DNA of 56,171 nucleotides, taken from contig CAYLSZ010000003.1 in assembly GCA_964386745.1 (NCBI GenBank), forward strand, positions 1 through 56,171, read 5' to 3'. This document shows, in pieces, positions 18,705-27,739 of this stretch (the first letter of the stretch is position 1; the number at the start of each line of letters is the position of its first letter). Origin of the DNA: an uncultured Staphylococcaceae bacterium (lineage in GTDB: Bacteria; Bacillota_I; Bacilli_A; RFN20; CAG-826). The position numbers were made by a program, and so were the translations under genes. The notes under the pieces were generated by a model. The model had not been told where the DNA came from. It searched no databases and was given only the letters and a program-made list of their open reading frames with translations.

Positions 18705-18754
18705 GAAAAAATAGTTGAGTTCTGCAGGGTTTTTTCTCAAAAACGGCAGTTTTT
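18705..18754 (-). repeat. dispersed ~50-bp repeat, copy G (reverse)
   Basis: GAAAAAATAGTTGAGTTCTGCAGGGTTTTTTCTCAAAAACGGCAGTTTTT. CTGCAG at 18722-18727. Its distal arm abuts and overlaps the corA stop codon. Confidence 0.9.
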
Positions 18755-19724
18755 ACTTCTTTTTTCTGCTGTTATTGAATACAAAGAACATAATGATAGC
18801 AACCACTATAGCTAATCCAAAAGAAAGGGCCAAAACAATCCAAAAGCCATTAGAACTGTCAGCGAACGGCATATCTATCATGTTCATTCCATATATAGAT
18901 GTAATAAGCGTTGGTACACTAATAACAATCGAGACAATAGTCAAAACTCTCATTGTGAGGTTCATATTGTTATTAATAACGCTAGCAAAAGCGTCCATTA
19001 AGTTAGATGAAACATCCATATAAACAGTACACATTTCGACTGCTTGGTTTAATTCAACTTCTGTGTCGTCCATTAAGTCTGCATCTTGTTCGTATTTTCT
19101 ATAAGTTTTAGATTTCGCGAGTCTTGCTAGTACTGCTTTATCGGCTGATAAGGCGGTCGAAAAATAAACAAACGTATTATTTAAATCCATGAGTTCAAGA
19201 AGTTCTTTATTCTTATAAGAACCTCTAATTTTTTGTTGAATTACACTCATACGGCTATTAATAACCTTTAGACTATTGATATAACTGGAAGCCAGACCAC
19301 TAATAATATTCAAAGTCGTTCTTACGTGTTTATGAGGTTCAACATTCTTATGTTTTTTGATTAAATCTTTGATTAAACCGGTCTCTTTTTTACTGATTGT
19401 AACGTAATATTTATCATTAAAAGCGATAACGAAAGGTATTGTTGAATAATAAGTGGTTTCATCGTCGTTTTTTTCAACATAAGGAGCATCTAAAACAACT
19501 AAAGAATCCCCATCCTCATCATCGATACGGGCACTTTCTTCTTCGTCTAGAGCGCATAATAAAAATTCAGACGAAATTCCTGTCAATTCACTGACCTTTA
19601 ATATATTCTCGCTAGTAGGATCGACAATATGAATCCAACTACCTTCTTCAATAGAAATAAGCTCGTTATCTTCTAACTTTTTCGTATTAAGAGTTTTATT
19701 TTCTTCTTTAAAAATTACATACAT
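18753..19724 (-). CDS. corA: CorA-family magnesium/cobalt transporter
   Basis: YGMNM motif before the last TM helix, two C-terminal TM helices, 323 aa. Confidence 0.85.
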   Translation of the reverse strand: MYVIFKEENKTLNTKKLEDNELISIEEGSWIHIVDPTSENILKVSELTGISSEFLLCALDEEESARIDDEDGDSLVVLDAPYVEKNDDETTYYSTIPFVIAFNDKYYVTISKKETGLIKDLIKKHKNVEPHKHVRTTLNIISGLASSYINSLKVINSRMSVIQQKIRGSYKNKELLELMDLNNTFVYFSTALSADKAVLARLAKSKTYRKYEQDADLMDDTEVELNQAVEMCTVYMDVSSNLMDAFASVINNNMNLTMRVLTIVSIVISVPTLITSIYGMNMIDMPFADSSNGFWIVLALSFGLAIVVAIIMFFVFNNSRKKK

Positions 19725-19743
19725 AACACAAGTTTAGGAGCAA

Positions 19744-19773
19744 TAAAAAAGTAAGTCAACCAATTTTGACTTT
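19744..19773 (-). terminator. rho-independent terminator after tadA
   Basis: On the minus strand, AAGTCAA-aattgg-TTGACTT followed by ACTTTTTTATT. Confidence 0.55.
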
Positions 19774-19787
19774 ATCAAAATCGTGAC

Positions 19788-20264
19788 TTACTCCTCTTCT
19801 TCTTTCTTTTGTTTATTGTATTCTCTAATTTCTTCTAAAAATTGATCGACTAGAACCTTGATTTTCTTATAGTAAATTCTTCCTTCAACTTCAAATCCGT
19901 TATCAAATAAATAATCTTCTAAACTCATCAAAGTTGGTTCACGATTCGTTGCTTCAACTCCGAAATAAATAGATTTAATTCTCGATTGAATAATCGCCCC
20001 GGTACACATTAAGCATGGCTCCATCGTGACAAAAATTTTACAGCCATCAAGTCGCCAATTTTTCTTTTTCTTTCCAGCTTTTCTTATCGCTTCAATCTCG
20101 GCGTGACCTAAAATATCGTTATTTTTCATGCGTCGATTATAAGCTTTAGCTATAACCGTTTCGTTTTCATCAACAATAACAGCTCCTACCGGAACTTCAC
20201 CCTTTTTATAGGCTTTTTTAGCTTCTTTATAAGCTATAGCCATGATTCTTTCTAATTTTCCCAT
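19788..20264 (-). CDS. tadA: tRNA-specific adenosine deaminase
   Basis: HAEIEAIRKA and PCLMCTGAI zinc-deaminase motifs. Start placed at 20264 (or 20243), because the track start at 20291 would overlap the SRP RNA. Confidence 0.85.
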   Translation of the reverse strand: MGKLERIMAIAYKEAKKAYKKGEVPVGAVIVDENETVIAKAYNRRMKNNDILGHAEIEAIRKAGKKKKNWRLDGCKIFVTMEPCLMCTGAIIQSRIKSIYFGVEATNREPTLMSLEDYLFDNGFEVEGRIYYKKIKVLVDQFLEEIREYNKQKKEEEE

Positions 20265-20271
20265 AAAAATA

Positions 20272-20358
20272 AAAAACCACCGTACAGACAATTAAAATCT
20301 TAAGGCTGCTATGTTCCCATCCTGACCTGGTTCGAAGCAATTGCTCACGATGGCTCCT
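20272..20358 (-). ncRNA. ffs: small (4.5S-type) signal recognition particle RNA
   Basis: The minus strand reads GGAGCCAUCGUGAGCAAUUGCUUCGAACCAGGUCAGGAUGGGAACAUAGCAGCC...UACGGUGGUUUUUU. It carries the conserved domain IV CCAGGUCAGG...GGAA tetraloop...AGCAGCC. 5' CCAUCGUG pairs with 3' UACGGUGG. The serS/tadA neighbourhood resembles B. subtilis scr. Confidence 0.85.
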
Positions 20359-20368
20359 TTATTATACA

Positions 20369-21661
20369 TTATTTTTTGATTGGTTTAAGAACTTTAACTC
20401 CGTTCATATATGGCCATAAGACCTCAGGAATTTTGACGCTTCCATCTTCTTGTTGATTTTGTTCGAGTAAAGCAGGAAAAACACGGCTTGTTGCAAGTCC
20501 ACTACCATTTAAAGTATGACAGAAATGCATTTTTCCTTCTTCATCTTTATAACGTATCATTCCACGTCTAGCTTGATAACTTCCGGCGTTTGAAACACTA
20601 CTAACTTCTTTATATATATCCATCGATGGGAAATATATTTCTAAGTCATAGGTTCTAGCCATTGAGTGAGAACAATCTCCGGCAGCCAATTTACTGACTC
20701 TATAATGTAAACCAAGTCCTTCTAGAAGTCTTTTGGCTTTACTAACTAATTCATCAAAAGCGCGATCGCTATCATCATCTTTGGTATATTCAACCATCTC
20801 AACTTTATTGAATTGATAGCCACGAATCATGCCTCTTTCTTCAGTTCTATAACTTCCTGCTTCTTTACGGTAGCAAGGAGTATAGGCAAAGTATTTTTTA
20901 GGTAATTCATCGCTAGTTAAAACTTCGTTTCTATGAAGATTTACTAAAGCCGTCTCAGCGGTTGGAAGTAAAAATTTCATAGGGTCTTGATCTTTTATAA
21001 CAAAGACGTCTTCTTCAAATTTTGGGAATTGGCCAGCCGTAAAGCCGCTTTCGTAGTTTAACAAATGTGGAGGAAGAATAAATTCAAAACCGTCAGCAAG
21101 ATGGCTTTGAATAAAATAATTTATTAATGCCCATTCAAGTTGAGCGCCTAAACCAGTATAGACCCAAGTGCCGTGACCCGAAATTTTTGCACCACGTTGA
21201 TAGTCGATTAAACCTAAACTTTCAGCAAGTTGAACGTGATCTTTAACTGGAAATTTGAAGTTTGGTTTTTCTTTGTAAATATAGATTTCTTTATTGTTTT
21301 CTTTACCACCACCCAATAAATCTTCATCAGGTAAATTTGGTAAAGCATAAGCAATTTCATTTATAGATTTTTCAAGTTCTTCAAGTTTCTTTTCGCTAGC
21401 TGTGTTATTGGCAGCTAATTCTTTGACTTTAGCAAAAATTGCAGCAACATCTCCACCAGCTTTTTTAACTTCAGGGACCGATCTAGATAACTTATTTTGC
21501 TCAGCTTTATTAGTTTCAACTTGAGCAATAAGTTTCTTTCTCTCATTAATCATATTAACGAGATCAGTTAAATCTATAGGATAGTTTTTTCTTTTTAAAA
21601 GCTCTTCAACGTGCTTTTGATTAGCAACAATATAATTTAAATCTAACATGGTTTTCTCCAA
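20369..21661 (-). CDS. serS: seryl-tRNA synthetase
   Basis: 430 aa. N-terminal coiled-coil arm and class II core (TAETALVNLH, GYQFNKVE, NGSGLATSRV). Confidence 0.95.
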   Translation of the reverse strand: MEKTMLDLNYIVANQKHVEELLKRKNYPIDLTDLVNMINERKKLIAQVETNKAEQNKLSRSVPEVKKAGGDVAAIFAKVKELAANNTASEKKLEELEKSINEIAYALPNLPDEDLLGGGKENNKEIYIYKEKPNFKFPVKDHVQLAESLGLIDYQRGAKISGHGTWVYTGLGAQLEWALINYFIQSHLADGFEFILPPHLLNYESGFTAGQFPKFEEDVFVIKDQDPMKFLLPTAETALVNLHRNEVLTSDELPKKYFAYTPCYRKEAGSYRTEERGMIRGYQFNKVEMVEYTKDDDSDRAFDELVSKAKRLLEGLGLHYRVSKLAAGDCSHSMARTYDLEIYFPSMDIYKEVSSVSNAGSYQARRGMIRYKDEEGKMHFCHTLNGSGLATSRVFPALLEQNQQEDGSVKIPEVLWPYMNGVKVLKPIKK

Positions 21662-21707
21662 TTTTAGTCGAGATCTGCAGGGTTTTCTTCTGAAATCTCA
21701 GGTTTTT
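21662..21707 (-). repeat. dispersed ~50-bp repeat, copy H (reverse), forming the 3' end of gyrA
   Basis: TTTTAGTCGAGATCTGCAGGGTTTTCTTCTGAAATCTCAGGTTTTT. CTGCAG at 21675-21680. In gyrA sense it encodes ...KPEISEENPADLD-stop. Confidence 0.8.
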
Positions 21708-24201
21708 CTTCTTCCTGATCCTCATGATTTAAGATGGTTAATGAGGACACTTGTTCGTTTTCACGAAGGTTAATAATTTTTACGCCGGAAGCATTACGAC
21801 CAGTTTCTCTAACTTGGGTAAGCGACGATCTAATGGTGGTTCCGTGGTTAGTAATAACGACGACATCTTCATCGCCATTAACAATCTTCATGCCAACTAA
21901 GTCGCCAGTCTTTTCAGTGATCTTGATTGTTTTAACGCCTTTAGCGCCACGATTCGTTAATCTATAGTCTTCTAAGTCACTAAGCTTACCTAATCCTTTT
22001 TCGCTTAATACGAGGACTTTATTGCCGCTTAACGAGGTTTCTAAACTGACAACTTCTGCATCAGTTCCAATATTTATACCTTTAACGCCTGCAGCGGTTC
22101 TGCCCATTGCACGAACATCAGTTTCATCAAACAAACACATCATACCTTTGTTCGTTGCTAGAGCAATCTTAGCAGTTCCATCAGTGACTTTGACATCTAA
22201 TAAACTATCGCCCTCTTTAAAGGTGATAGCATATTTACCATTACAGTTAATACGAGCAAATTCGCTTAAAGCGGTACGTTTTACGATGCCATGCTTTGTA
22301 GCAAAGAACAAGAATTTATCGTTATAATCATCGACTCCGATTAAAGAAACAACCTTCTCATCTTTCTCTAAATTAATCAAATTGAGAACAGGAATCCCTT
22401 TTCCGGTACGGCTCGATTCAACGATTTCGTGACCTCTCTTTCTATGGACACGGCCTTTACTCGTAAAGAAGAGGATGTCGGTATGAGTTTTACTATGAAC
22501 CATCGCTGAAACTTCATCGTTTTCATAAACAGTCATACCTTTAACGCCTGTACCACCTCTATTTTGAGTTCTGAATTCGTTTGGATTCATTCTCTTGATA
22601 TAGCCGTTTTTGGTTAAAGTGACAATAATTTCTTCTTCCGGAATAAGATCTTCATCATCAACGGAGGTAATTTGAGTTGAAACTTCGGTTCTTCTATCAT
22701 CGCCATATTTTTCTTTAATTTCTTCAAGTTCATCGATGATGATTTTCTTTTGAAGTTCTTCGCTACCCAAAATTTCGTTATAGTAAGCGATATTTTTGAG
22801 GAGTTGATCTCTTTCATCGATTAATTTTTGAGTTTCTAAACCGGTCAATCTACCAAGAGTCATACTAACAACAGCTTTAGCTTGAATTTCGCTTAATTCA
22901 TAAGTTTTCATCAAGTTTTCTTGGAAAATAGCCGTAGTTTGCGAGGATTTTGCCATTTCGACAATCTCATCGATATGGTCGCGAACAAAAATTAATCCTT
23001 GGACGATATGTAATCTATCCTCATCTTTCTTCTTTAAGAATTTGGTTCTTCTAACAACAACATTGAGTTGATGTTTGAAATATTCTTTGATGATATCTTT
23101 TAAACCTAAAGTTCTTGGAGTTCCATCGACGATACATAAATTGATGACACCATAGCTAACTTCAAGTTGAGTCATTTTATAGAGTTGATTTAAGACAACT
23201 TGAGGTATAACGTCAGCTCTTAAATCAATTTCAATAAAGACGTTAGCTTTCGATAAATCGCGAATTCCGGTGATGCCTTCGATATGTTTTTCTCTAACAA
23301 GTTCACCAATTTTCGATACTAAAGCCGCTTTATTTACTTGATAAGGAATCTCATGAATTATAATTTGACTTCTACCATTTTTAAGTTCTTTAATTTCGCA
23401 TTTACCACGTAATTTAAAGCTTCCTTTACCATTTGTATAAGCTTCTCTAACTCCATTCAAGCCATATAAAATACCGCCTGTAGGGAAGTCAGGAGCTTTG
23501 ATAAACTTCATTAATTCTTCAGTGGTTATATCAGGATTTTCTGAATAAGCTTTAATACCTTCTACAACTTCACGTAAGTTGTGTGGAGGCATTTTTGTCG
23601 CCATACCAACCGCAATACCATCGCTTCCGTTAAGAAGTAAATTTGGAAGTCTAGCAGGTAAAACTGAAGGTTCTTCTAAAGAGCCATCGTAGTTTGGAAC
23701 AAAATCGACCGTATCGTAATCAATATCTTTAACCATCATTAAAGCAATTTTTGACATACGACATTCGGTATAACGCATAGCCGCTGCTTCATCTCCATCC
23801 ATGTCGCCGAAGTTACCATGACCATCGACGAGCGTATATCTCATCGAGAATGGTTGGGCCAATCTAACGATTGTATTATAAATAGCTGAGTCGCCATGAG
23901 GGTGAAATTTACCCATGACATCACCGACAATACGTGCCGATTTTACAAATGGTTTATCAGATGTATAACCCGCATTATACATGCCATAAATTGATCTTCT
24001 ATGAACAGGTTTTAAGCCATCTCTTACGTCAGGAATAGCACGCGAAACAATGACACTCATCGCATAATCTAAAAACGAACTTTTAACTTCAGAGCTAATT
24101 TCGCAATCTCTTAAGCTAGGGACTATACCTTCTTCAATTTCTGGGTTTTCAGTTGTTTCTTCTGTTTCTTCTCGAATTACATTTTCTTTATTTTCATCCA
24201 T
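21664..24201 (-). CDS. gyrA: DNA gyrase subunit A
   Basis: AMSVIVSRAIPDVRDGLKPVHRR, the active-site region AAAMRYTE, and C-terminal beta-pinwheel repeats. 845 aa. Confidence 0.97.
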   Translation of the reverse strand: MDENKENVIREETEETTENPEIEEGIVPSLRDCEISSEVKSSFLDYAMSVIVSRAIPDVRDGLKPVHRRSIYGMYNAGYTSDKPFVKSARIVGDVMGKFHPHGDSAIYNTIVRLAQPFSMRYTLVDGHGNFGDMDGDEAAAMRYTECRMSKIALMMVKDIDYDTVDFVPNYDGSLEEPSVLPARLPNLLLNGSDGIAVGMATKMPPHNLREVVEGIKAYSENPDITTEELMKFIKAPDFPTGGILYGLNGVREAYTNGKGSFKLRGKCEIKELKNGRSQIIIHEIPYQVNKAALVSKIGELVREKHIEGITGIRDLSKANVFIEIDLRADVIPQVVLNQLYKMTQLEVSYGVINLCIVDGTPRTLGLKDIIKEYFKHQLNVVVRRTKFLKKKDEDRLHIVQGLIFVRDHIDEIVEMAKSSQTTAIFQENLMKTYELSEIQAKAVVSMTLGRLTGLETQKLIDERDQLLKNIAYYNEILGSEELQKKIIIDELEEIKEKYGDDRRTEVSTQITSVDDEDLIPEEEIIVTLTKNGYIKRMNPNEFRTQNRGGTGVKGMTVYENDEVSAMVHSKTHTDILFFTSKGRVHRKRGHEIVESSRTGKGIPVLNLINLEKDEKVVSLIGVDDYNDKFLFFATKHGIVKRTALSEFARINCNGKYAITFKEGDSLLDVKVTDGTAKIALATNKGMMCLFDETDVRAMGRTAAGVKGINIGTDAEVVSLETSLSGNKVLVLSEKGLGKLSDLEDYRLTNRGAKGVKTIKITEKTGDLVGMKIVNGDEDVVVITNHGTTIRSSLTQVRETGRNASGVKIINLRENEQVSSLTILNHEDQEEEKPEISEENPADLD

Positions 24202-24214
24202 CGTTTATCCCTCC

Positions 24215-26293
24215 TTAAATATCGAGATTTTTAACGAACTTAGCGTTCTTTTCTATAAATTCAGTACGTGGAGCGACGTCTTCTCCCATTAAATCTTGGA
24301 AGACTTGATCAGCAAGCATCGCATCATCGACCGTTACACGTAACATTTTTCTATTTTTAGGGTCCATAGTCGTCTCTTCAAGTTGAGATGGGTCCATTTC
24401 ACCTAAACCTTTATAACGTTGATATGGATAACCTGGTTTTAAATCGAGAATTTTACGATATTTTTCAAGTTGCTCATCGTTATAGCAGTAATAATCTTTT
24501 CCTTTATACGAGATTTTATATAGAGGAGGTTGAGCAATATAAATATAACCATTTTCGATTAATGGTTTCATAAATCTATGGAAGAATGTGAGAAGTAATA
24601 CACGGATATGACTACCATCGACATCAGCATCGGTCATGATGATAATTTTGTGATATCTAATCTTGGTTATATCAAAATCTTCGCCAAATCCAGCTCCGAT
24701 AGCTGAGATCATATTTCCAATTTCAGCATTATCAAAAATACGGTGAATTTGAGCTTTTTGAACGTTTAAAATCTTACCTCTTAGAGGCATAATAGCTTGC
24801 GTTTTACTATCTCTACCGTTTTTTGCGCTACCTCCAGCACTATTACCCTCGACGATAAAAAGTTCGCATTCTTCAGGGTTTCTCGAGCTACAATCAGCAA
24901 GTTTTCCAGGTAAAGTTGTAATATCTATACCATTTTTACGTCTAAGATTTTCTCTAGCTTGTCTAGCTGCGAGTCTAGCTTCATAAGCTTTTTTAACCTT
25001 ATTCATAATCGCGGTAGCGACTTCTTTATTTTCTAAAAGATATCTTTCAAGCATCGTTCCAACGACGTTACTAACAATCGTTTTTACTTCAGGATTACCA
25101 AGTTTTCCTTTGGTTTGACCTTCGTATTGTGGATTAGGGTGTTTAACTGAAATAATTGCAGTTAAACCTTCTCTACAATCGTCAGCTGTAAATCTTTCTT
25201 TATCGTTATCTTTTAAAACTTTGGCTTCTCTAGCGTATTTATTAAAAACACGAGTTAAAGCCATATTGAAGCCATCGACATGCATACCACCATCGGTTGT
25301 AGCGACGTTATTACAATAGCTATAAACTTTTTCGTTATAACCTTGAGTATGTTGCATAGCTACTTCAACGTAGATCAATTCTTCTTTTTCGTCTTCGTGT
25401 TCTTTATAAGTTTGGGCGCCATCACAATAAATAACATCTTCAATTAATGGTTCGCTGCCGTTATTTAAATATTGGACATATTCAACAATTCCGCCATCAT
25501 AGTGATAACTAACCTTATTAGCAGGTTCGACTCTATCATCGGTCAAATTTATACGAATTCCCTTATTTAAAAACGCCATTTGACGGACACGGTTATTAAT
25601 AGTATCGAAATTGAATACGGTTGTTTCTGTAAAGATATATGGATCTGGTTTGAAAGTGACTTCAGTTCCAGTTTCGTTAGAAGTTCCAATTTCAGTTAAA
25701 GGTTGAGTTGCTTTACCACCTTTTTCAAAACGGATGAAATACTTCTTTCCGCCTCTACAAACAGTTACTTCTACAAATATTGATAAAGCGTTAACAACGC
25801 TAGCACCGACGCCATGAAGACCACCAGAAACCTTATAGCCTCCACCACCAAATTTACCACCAGCATGAAGGACAGTATAAACAGTTTCGACGCCGCTTAA
25901 ACCAGTCTTTTTAACGATGTCGACAGGAATACCACGGCCGTTATCTTTAACGGTTACCGAATTATCTTTATTGATAGTTACGCTAATTTCGTCGCAATAT
26001 CCAGCAAGAGCTTCGTCGATGCCGTTATCAATAATTTCCCAAACTAAATGATGCAAACCGATAGGGCCAGTGCTACCAATATACATACCAGGACGTTGTC
26101 TAACAGCTTCGAGTCCCTCTAAAACTTGGATATCACTACTTGTATAGTTGGCTTTTCCTTTTTCGAGCTTTTTTTCGTCAACTTTTAGGATTTCTTGAGA
26201 GATATTTTCATCAATTTTACTCTTTTCTTTTGGAGCTTCCTCTTCCGAAATAGTCTCTATAGTAGTCTCTAATTCTTCTTTTTCTTTTTCCAT
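24215..26293 (-). CDS. gyrB: DNA gyrase subunit B
   Basis: [19 protein letters not shown], the GHKL ATPase, and Toprim [10 protein letters not shown] / PLRGKILNV / DADVDGSHI. About 50 aa of E/K-rich N-terminal extension. Confidence 0.95.
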   Translation of the reverse strand: [692 protein letters not shown]

Positions 26294-26295
26294 AC

Positions 26296-27378
26296 TTACT
26301 CCTTTCTATAACAGGTGTTATCTATTACTTTGTAAATATTTTCATTTATATACATATTGTCTTTACAACCAGTTATGAATACCTGATTGAAGTCTTGAAG
26401 CGATTTTACGAGCTTTCTTTCGTGTGAATAGTCAAGTTCGCTTAATACGTCATCGAATAACAAGATTGGTTCTTTTCCGTAATCGAGATTTAGTTTATAT
26501 AGCGCTAATTTTAAGGCTATAACCGCCATTCGATTTTCGCCTTGAGAGCCATATATCGATATATCTTTTCCGTTTAGGGTTAGGGATATATCTTCTTTTT
26601 GAACCCCGATCGATGTCACGCCGTTTTTTATATCGTTTTCTAGTGCCACGTCGAATTTCTTTTTCGCCTCGACTTCGTAGTTATCATAATCATCTACGAA
26701 TGCGTGATAGTGAAGTTTGGCGTCTTTATCGTCGCCGCTCACATCTCGATATGTATCAACTAGATGTTCGTTCAATTTTTCAATGAACGATTCACGATAG
26801 AAATATATCGTTTTGAACTTTTGAATTAAGTTTGTTGTATACGAATCGAGCAAGTTTCGATCGAATTCCAGATTCTTTAGTAGAGCGTTTCTCTCTTTTA
26901 GAATCTTTTTCATCTCGTTCAGTATTTTTAAGTACTCGTGCGATACCTTACTAATGCCAGTATTTATAAATTCGCGTCGTTTTTCAGGTGAGTCGTGGAA
27001 TAGTCTTACATCATCTGGAATGAACACGATCGTGTTGACAACTGATGTTAGTTCGCTCACCTTGTTAAGTTTCTTTCCGTTTAGGAATATCTTTTTTCCT
27101 TGTCGACTGCCGTATATTTCAACGACATCAACTAGTGGGTCTAGCTTATCCTGAGCAACCTCTGCGTTTATATAAAATTCGACGCAATTATCTTTTATTA
27201 AATCGCTTATCTCGTTGGTTCTAAAACTTCTTGTTAGATTTAAATAATTAAGTCCTTCGACGAGATTGGTTTTACCGCTTGAATTATCGCCAAGCAAATA
27301 ATTTATACCGCTAAAAAAACGAACCTCAACTTCGTCAAAATTTCTAAAATTGACCAACTTAATTTTTCTAATCAGCAT
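26296..27378 (-). CDS. recF: DNA replication/repair protein RecF
   Basis: Walker A GDNSSGKTN, signature SQGENR, Walker B LLFDDVLSELD. Confidence 0.9.
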   Translation of the reverse strand: MLIRKIKLVNFRNFDEVEVRFFSGINYLLGDNSSGKTNLVEGLNYLNLTRSFRTNEISDLIKDNCVEFYINAEVAQDKLDPLVDVVEIYGSRQGKKIFLNGKKLNKVSELTSVVNTIVFIPDDVRLFHDSPEKRREFINTGISKVSHEYLKILNEMKKILKERNALLKNLEFDRNLLDSYTTNLIQKFKTIYFYRESFIEKLNEHLVDTYRDVSGDDKDAKLHYHAFVDDYDNYEVEAKKKFDVALENDIKNGVTSIGVQKEDISLTLNGKDISIYGSQGENRMAVIALKLALYKLNLDYGKEPILLFDDVLSELDYSHERKLVKSLQDFNQVFITGCKDNMYINENIYKVIDNTCYRKE

Positions 27379-27601
27379 CGCAAGTAACTTTATAAAATAG
27401 TTTGTTATCTATGTTTACTTCATCTCCAGGACGAAGTTTTTTACCTCTTTGTTTACACTCTTCCTTATTTACAAAAATAGTGTGGCTAGCGATATACTCT
27501 TTCACTTCGCCTCCACCATACGTTATTCCGATAAACTTGAGCAATTGCCCTAACGTAATATACTCAGTCGTGATTTTTACTTCTTTAACTAAGGGCTCCA
27601 T
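27368..27601 (-). CDS. yaaA: S4-domain RNA-binding protein YaaA
   Basis: ITLGQLLKFIGI...GGGEVKEY...VNKEECKQRGKKLRPGDEV matches B. subtilis YaaA, and the gene sits in the conserved dnaN-yaaA-recF position. Start at ATG 27601. Confidence 0.8.
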   Translation of the reverse strand: MEPLVKEVKITTEYITLGQLLKFIGITYGGGEVKEYIASHTIFVNKEECKQRGKKLRPGDEVNIDNKLFYKVTCDAD

Positions 27602-27707
27602 AGATTCTTTAATATTATATATTAAAGAAGACACAAATAAAAGCAAAATAAAAAGGATTTAAAAATCCTCGAGGAACCCCACGAGAAATTAATTTTCATC
27701 GTGTGGT

Positions 27708-27737
27708 CGGGTTTTAAATCCTTGCAGTTTTAATTTT
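27708..27737 (+). repeat. dispersed repeat, degenerate/truncated copy I
   Basis: CGGGTTTTAAATCCTTGCAGTTTTAATTTT keeps the left arm and CCTTGCAG but lacks ATCTCAAC. Confidence 0.4.
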
Positions 27738-27739
27738 AA

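Noticed and set aside
18671-18705. Hairpin GCATTAA-TT-TTAATGC followed by a T-run on the plus strand in the ABC/corA spacer, which could be an orphan terminator or small RNA.
   Set aside because: The stem is 7 bp and almost entirely A/T, so stability is very low. There is no plus-strand gene or promoter upstream, and the T-run belongs to the adjacent repeat copy G.
20318-20332. GGTTCGAAG, resembling a tRNA T-arm, which suggested a tRNA between serS and tadA.
   Set aside because: No acceptor, D or anticodon arms can be drawn. The opposite strand reads the CCAGGUCAGG...AGCAGCC SRP RNA domain IV, which explains the whole interval.
22088-22095. Isolated CTGCAG (PstI) sites at about 22090, 39887 and 40626, considered as additional repeat copies or as evidence that the repeat is a PstI-type R-M target.
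   Set aside because: They lack the flanking A/T tracts and the ATCTCAAC extension. The only R-M system visible here is GANTC-type, and the repeat consensus contains no GANTC.
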